A DNA stretch of 64,000 nt from Azolla caroliniana (taxonomy: Eukaryota > Plantae > Polypodiophyta). The stretch spans positions 3,100,001-3,164,000 of the forward strand of contig JBHGNT010000012.1 in assembly GCA_043228905.1 (NCBI GenBank), read 5' to 3'. Position numbers and translations under genes: made by a program. Below the pieces are notes generated by a model that saw nothing but the letters and a program-made list of their open reading frames with translations, was not told the DNA's origin and made no database searches. Below, piece after piece: positions 61,152 through 64,000 of this stretch (position 1 is its first letter; each line of letters opens with the position of its first letter).

Positions 61152-62399
61152 AATAAATTCTTAGTTCTCACAAAAAATCATGTGTAGACATAAATACATC
61201 TTTGTACCCCTCAATAGCCGTCCCACAAATTAGAGTTATTGGTGATTAGTAAAAATGTAGCTTAACTTTACGCACGATCCTAATACTGGAACCCTCACAT
61301 AATTCACAAAGAAATATGCAATACTTGTGCTATAGAGCATTGTGAGGTGGTGAGGGAAATTTGATAAAGATGTATGCTTTGGTCACACAAAAAACAATTT
61401 TGAACTCCATGAGGTGTCTTTGGTTTGATAACCTAATATATATTGCGTAATTTAAGCACCTAATATAAAAATAAGTGATGAGATGAGACAAGACCATGTT
61501 GTGTGGGTTGGTGGGCTAGTAGTTTGGGAAAGATAATGCCACTAAGACAAAGAGAAGGGGCGCGGGAGGAGAGCACTTGAATTTCCTATCCTTTGTTTTT
61601 CATACTCCTTTTCGTAGTTGTCGTTATATATTGTTATAGTACATGAAAAGAAGTAGAGAGAAATTGTGCACAAAAACAATTGAACTTTACCCTTCTTTGG
61701 GTTATACCACCTTTTTGAAATTCTTTAAATACCAAACAACTCATCTTTGGCCTCTAGTACACTCTTTCATCTCTCGAAGTGTGTGTATATATATACATAA
61801 TACACACATATATATGTATAGAAATATCTTTAATGAGTGTATGTGCGTTTCCAATGTGCACTTAAACCATGCGGTATGAGCATTTGAGAACACAACATGA
61901 CTTTTTTACTATTTTCGCCTTAGACAAGTATAGCTCATGGAAATGAATAATACACTTTTATCTAGTATGTGTGGGATTGAGAGTTGTGAGTCATGACACA
62001 CTCGATGCTCAAGACTTCTATTATTGAACCTTGTACATATATGTGGAGTTGAGGAGTGGCTCTTCATGTTCAAGAATTCTACCAATGAGCATTGCAAAAA
62101 GAGTGCAGATTGTGATAGATTTTATTATCCTTCTCAAATGTCGAATATGACCTATGAGATGAAAATCTACATTTTCATGCAATATAAGTGACAACAAATA
62201 TCGACTTGAGATGTTCAGGAAATTTATCAATGAATCTTACAATTGAGAAGCACATTATGATGACTTTGAGAGAACTTCGTGCAAGGATTGGGTTTGGTCA
62301 AATAAATAGTCAAATGTGATCATAGGAAGATAGAACATTATATCAAGGTGTGTAATTTAGACTCCCAAACTTGTTCAAAGCAAAATGTGCAAAGTTGAT

Positions 62400-62740
62400 T
62401 AGTTTCATCACATGTGCCCAATGTCTTGGCTCACATTGAGGTGAGTATGAGCTAAGTTATGTTGTAAGGAGGAAATAGTTCAGATGTCAGATGACGGGAT
62501 GAGCTCTAACATGTATTTGCATGTGTGGTTTTCCTATTTAATGAAGAATATGATTTTGTAGCTAGGTGCAACGTATGTAGTATTATGCATGAAGCATGTG
62601 CCTCCACATTTTCCCCATGTCATAAAACATTGGTGTTGCAAAAAGGCCTCTTTCACAAAAGAATCTATTGGTGCATCATGAAGCAAGTGTTTTGCATCCC
62701 ATCTTCGAAACAAATTTTGCACATATCGTATACAACTTGA
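62400..62740 (+). mobile_element. Possible SWIM-zinc-finger/MULE-type remnant
   Basis: ORF 62525-62740 ...FSPCHK...KGLFHKRIYWCIMKQVF resembles a decayed SWIM C-x-C...CKHIxW motif. Confidence 0.25.
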
Positions 62741-63070
62741 ACACAAAATTTGTTTTTATGTGTTTTTAGGATCCTTTTGCTTATTTTCCATGCAATTCTA
62801 GAAAAGTCAATGTGAGGGACATTTTTTGAACCTTAAGCACGTATTTAACAACCTTTTTCCATATTTAACAACCATTTTCCATTGCCATGATCTTAATGGG
62901 AAGTGATCCTATCTCAAGAAGGAGGGTATATAGAATTTTTTTTTCTTAACTAGGAGAAGTGTTTGTAAGAAAATGCATTAGGACATTGTCAAACTCTTTC
63001 CAAGGAGAGGGAAGAGAGAGTCCCGTCCAAGACATCTGATAAAATTAGAATGATACAAAGAAAATTTAGT

Positions 63071-63140
63071 AGAGCTCGCTTAGTTGATAAGGTTGTTTGG
63101 TAGAGACGAGAAGGTCACGTGTTCAACCCTTACATTGCAT
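63071..63140 (+). mobile_element. Degenerate tRNA-like SINE head
   Basis: A-box-like tcgcttagttgata (63076) and B-box gttcaaccc (63121) at tRNA spacing. Confidence 0.35.
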
Positions 63141-63242
63141 AATAGCATCTAATAAATCAAGGAAAATATGTATGGCATGACAAAGAGGTGTGGAAATTGA
63201 GCCTTGAACCTAAGGTCTAATATTAGCATTCTTGACAACTCG

Positions 63243-63690
63243 GCTACTTTTGGTTGATGAGACCAACTTTAATCTACATTTGATTGATTAAGCCAACTTT
63301 AATCGTTCTTGTAGTAGGGTCGCGATAGACCGAACATGTTGATTCTTCAAATGCTCTATGTTATTGGGACATCTACTAATGTTAACAGCTAAGCTACTTT
63401 TGATTGATGGGGCCAACTTTAATCCTTCTTGCTTGCAACAGGGACGCGACAAACCGAACATGCCAATCCTTCAAACGATCTATGCTATCATGGCCTCTAC
63501 TAATCTTAACAGCTAAGCCACTTTTGATTGATCGGGCCAACTTCATTCGTTCTTGCAACAGTGTTTCGACAGACCAACCATGCCAATTCTTTAAAATTTG
63601 ATCAATGTTATCGGGGGACATCTACTAATGTTAACACCTAAGCTACTTTTGATTGATCGGGCCAGCTTTAATTGTTCTTGGAATAGGGTC
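63243..63690. repeat. Tandem array, ~120-125-bp unit, ~3.5 copies
   Basis: ttgattgat..gccaacttt units starting near 63279, 63399, 63523 and 63648; the three complete units end tctactaat.ttaaca.ctaagc.a. Confidence 0.9.
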
Positions 63691-64000
63691 TAGCAGAATT
63701 GGCATGAGACAAGGGGTGCCGGGCGGGGCGGGGGGGGGGGGGGGGGGGGGTGTCTTCATGGACGACGGACATATACATATTTGATACCAAGATCAGAACG
63801 ATACAAGAGAGATGGGATGGGACGAGGGGTATTTTGGGAATTTGGTGGAAAGTCTTCCTCCCCCGGAAGGAGGGGTATTTTGTTAATTTGTGAAAACCCT
63901 GTAAAAAAGCACAAAAGCTCGAAAAAAGCTCTCTCCCTCCTCCTTCTCCTTCTTCCCTCCGCTTTTGTCACAGAAAGAGAGGGATTGATTGTTTTCTGTT

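Noticed and set aside
63243-63690. 5S rDNA or CRISPR-like array
   Set aside because: No 5S similarity; whole units repeat without unique spacers; eukaryotic context with no cas genes.
63720-63751. G20 homopolymer / G-quadruplex
   Set aside because: A simple homopolymer whose length is unreliable; no functional evidence in this window.

Overview
AT-rich land-plant nuclear DNA with GT-AG introns, telo-boxes and plant TE remnants. The repeat complement looks fern-like, but that is inference only. Six intron-containing housekeeping genes can be assembled by hand: a classic 8-repeat Pumilio/PUF gene (-), RPL11/uL5 (-), a PUB62/63-like U-box gene (+), RPS6/eS6 (+), cytosolic triosephosphate isomerase (+) and 20S proteasome beta-7/PBG1 (+). 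A decayed PPR pseudogene (-) that the ORF track misses is also present. Intergenic and intronic space holds degenerate Ty3/gypsy, Ty1/copia and LINE fragments, hAT- and Tourist-like MITEs, tRNA-like SINE heads and many 90-190 bp local duplications. I found no convincing novel multi-gene system. The best leads are: three TSD-flanked retro-insertions sharing a T-run/GG/A-run tail, one of them an unidentified 240-bp sequence; a tRNA-like hairpin and a predicted uORF in the Pumilio gene; an (ATG)6 start microsatellite; and a ~123-bp tandem array with A-box-like motifs at its unit junctions. All exon coordinates were read manually and need transcript confirmation.
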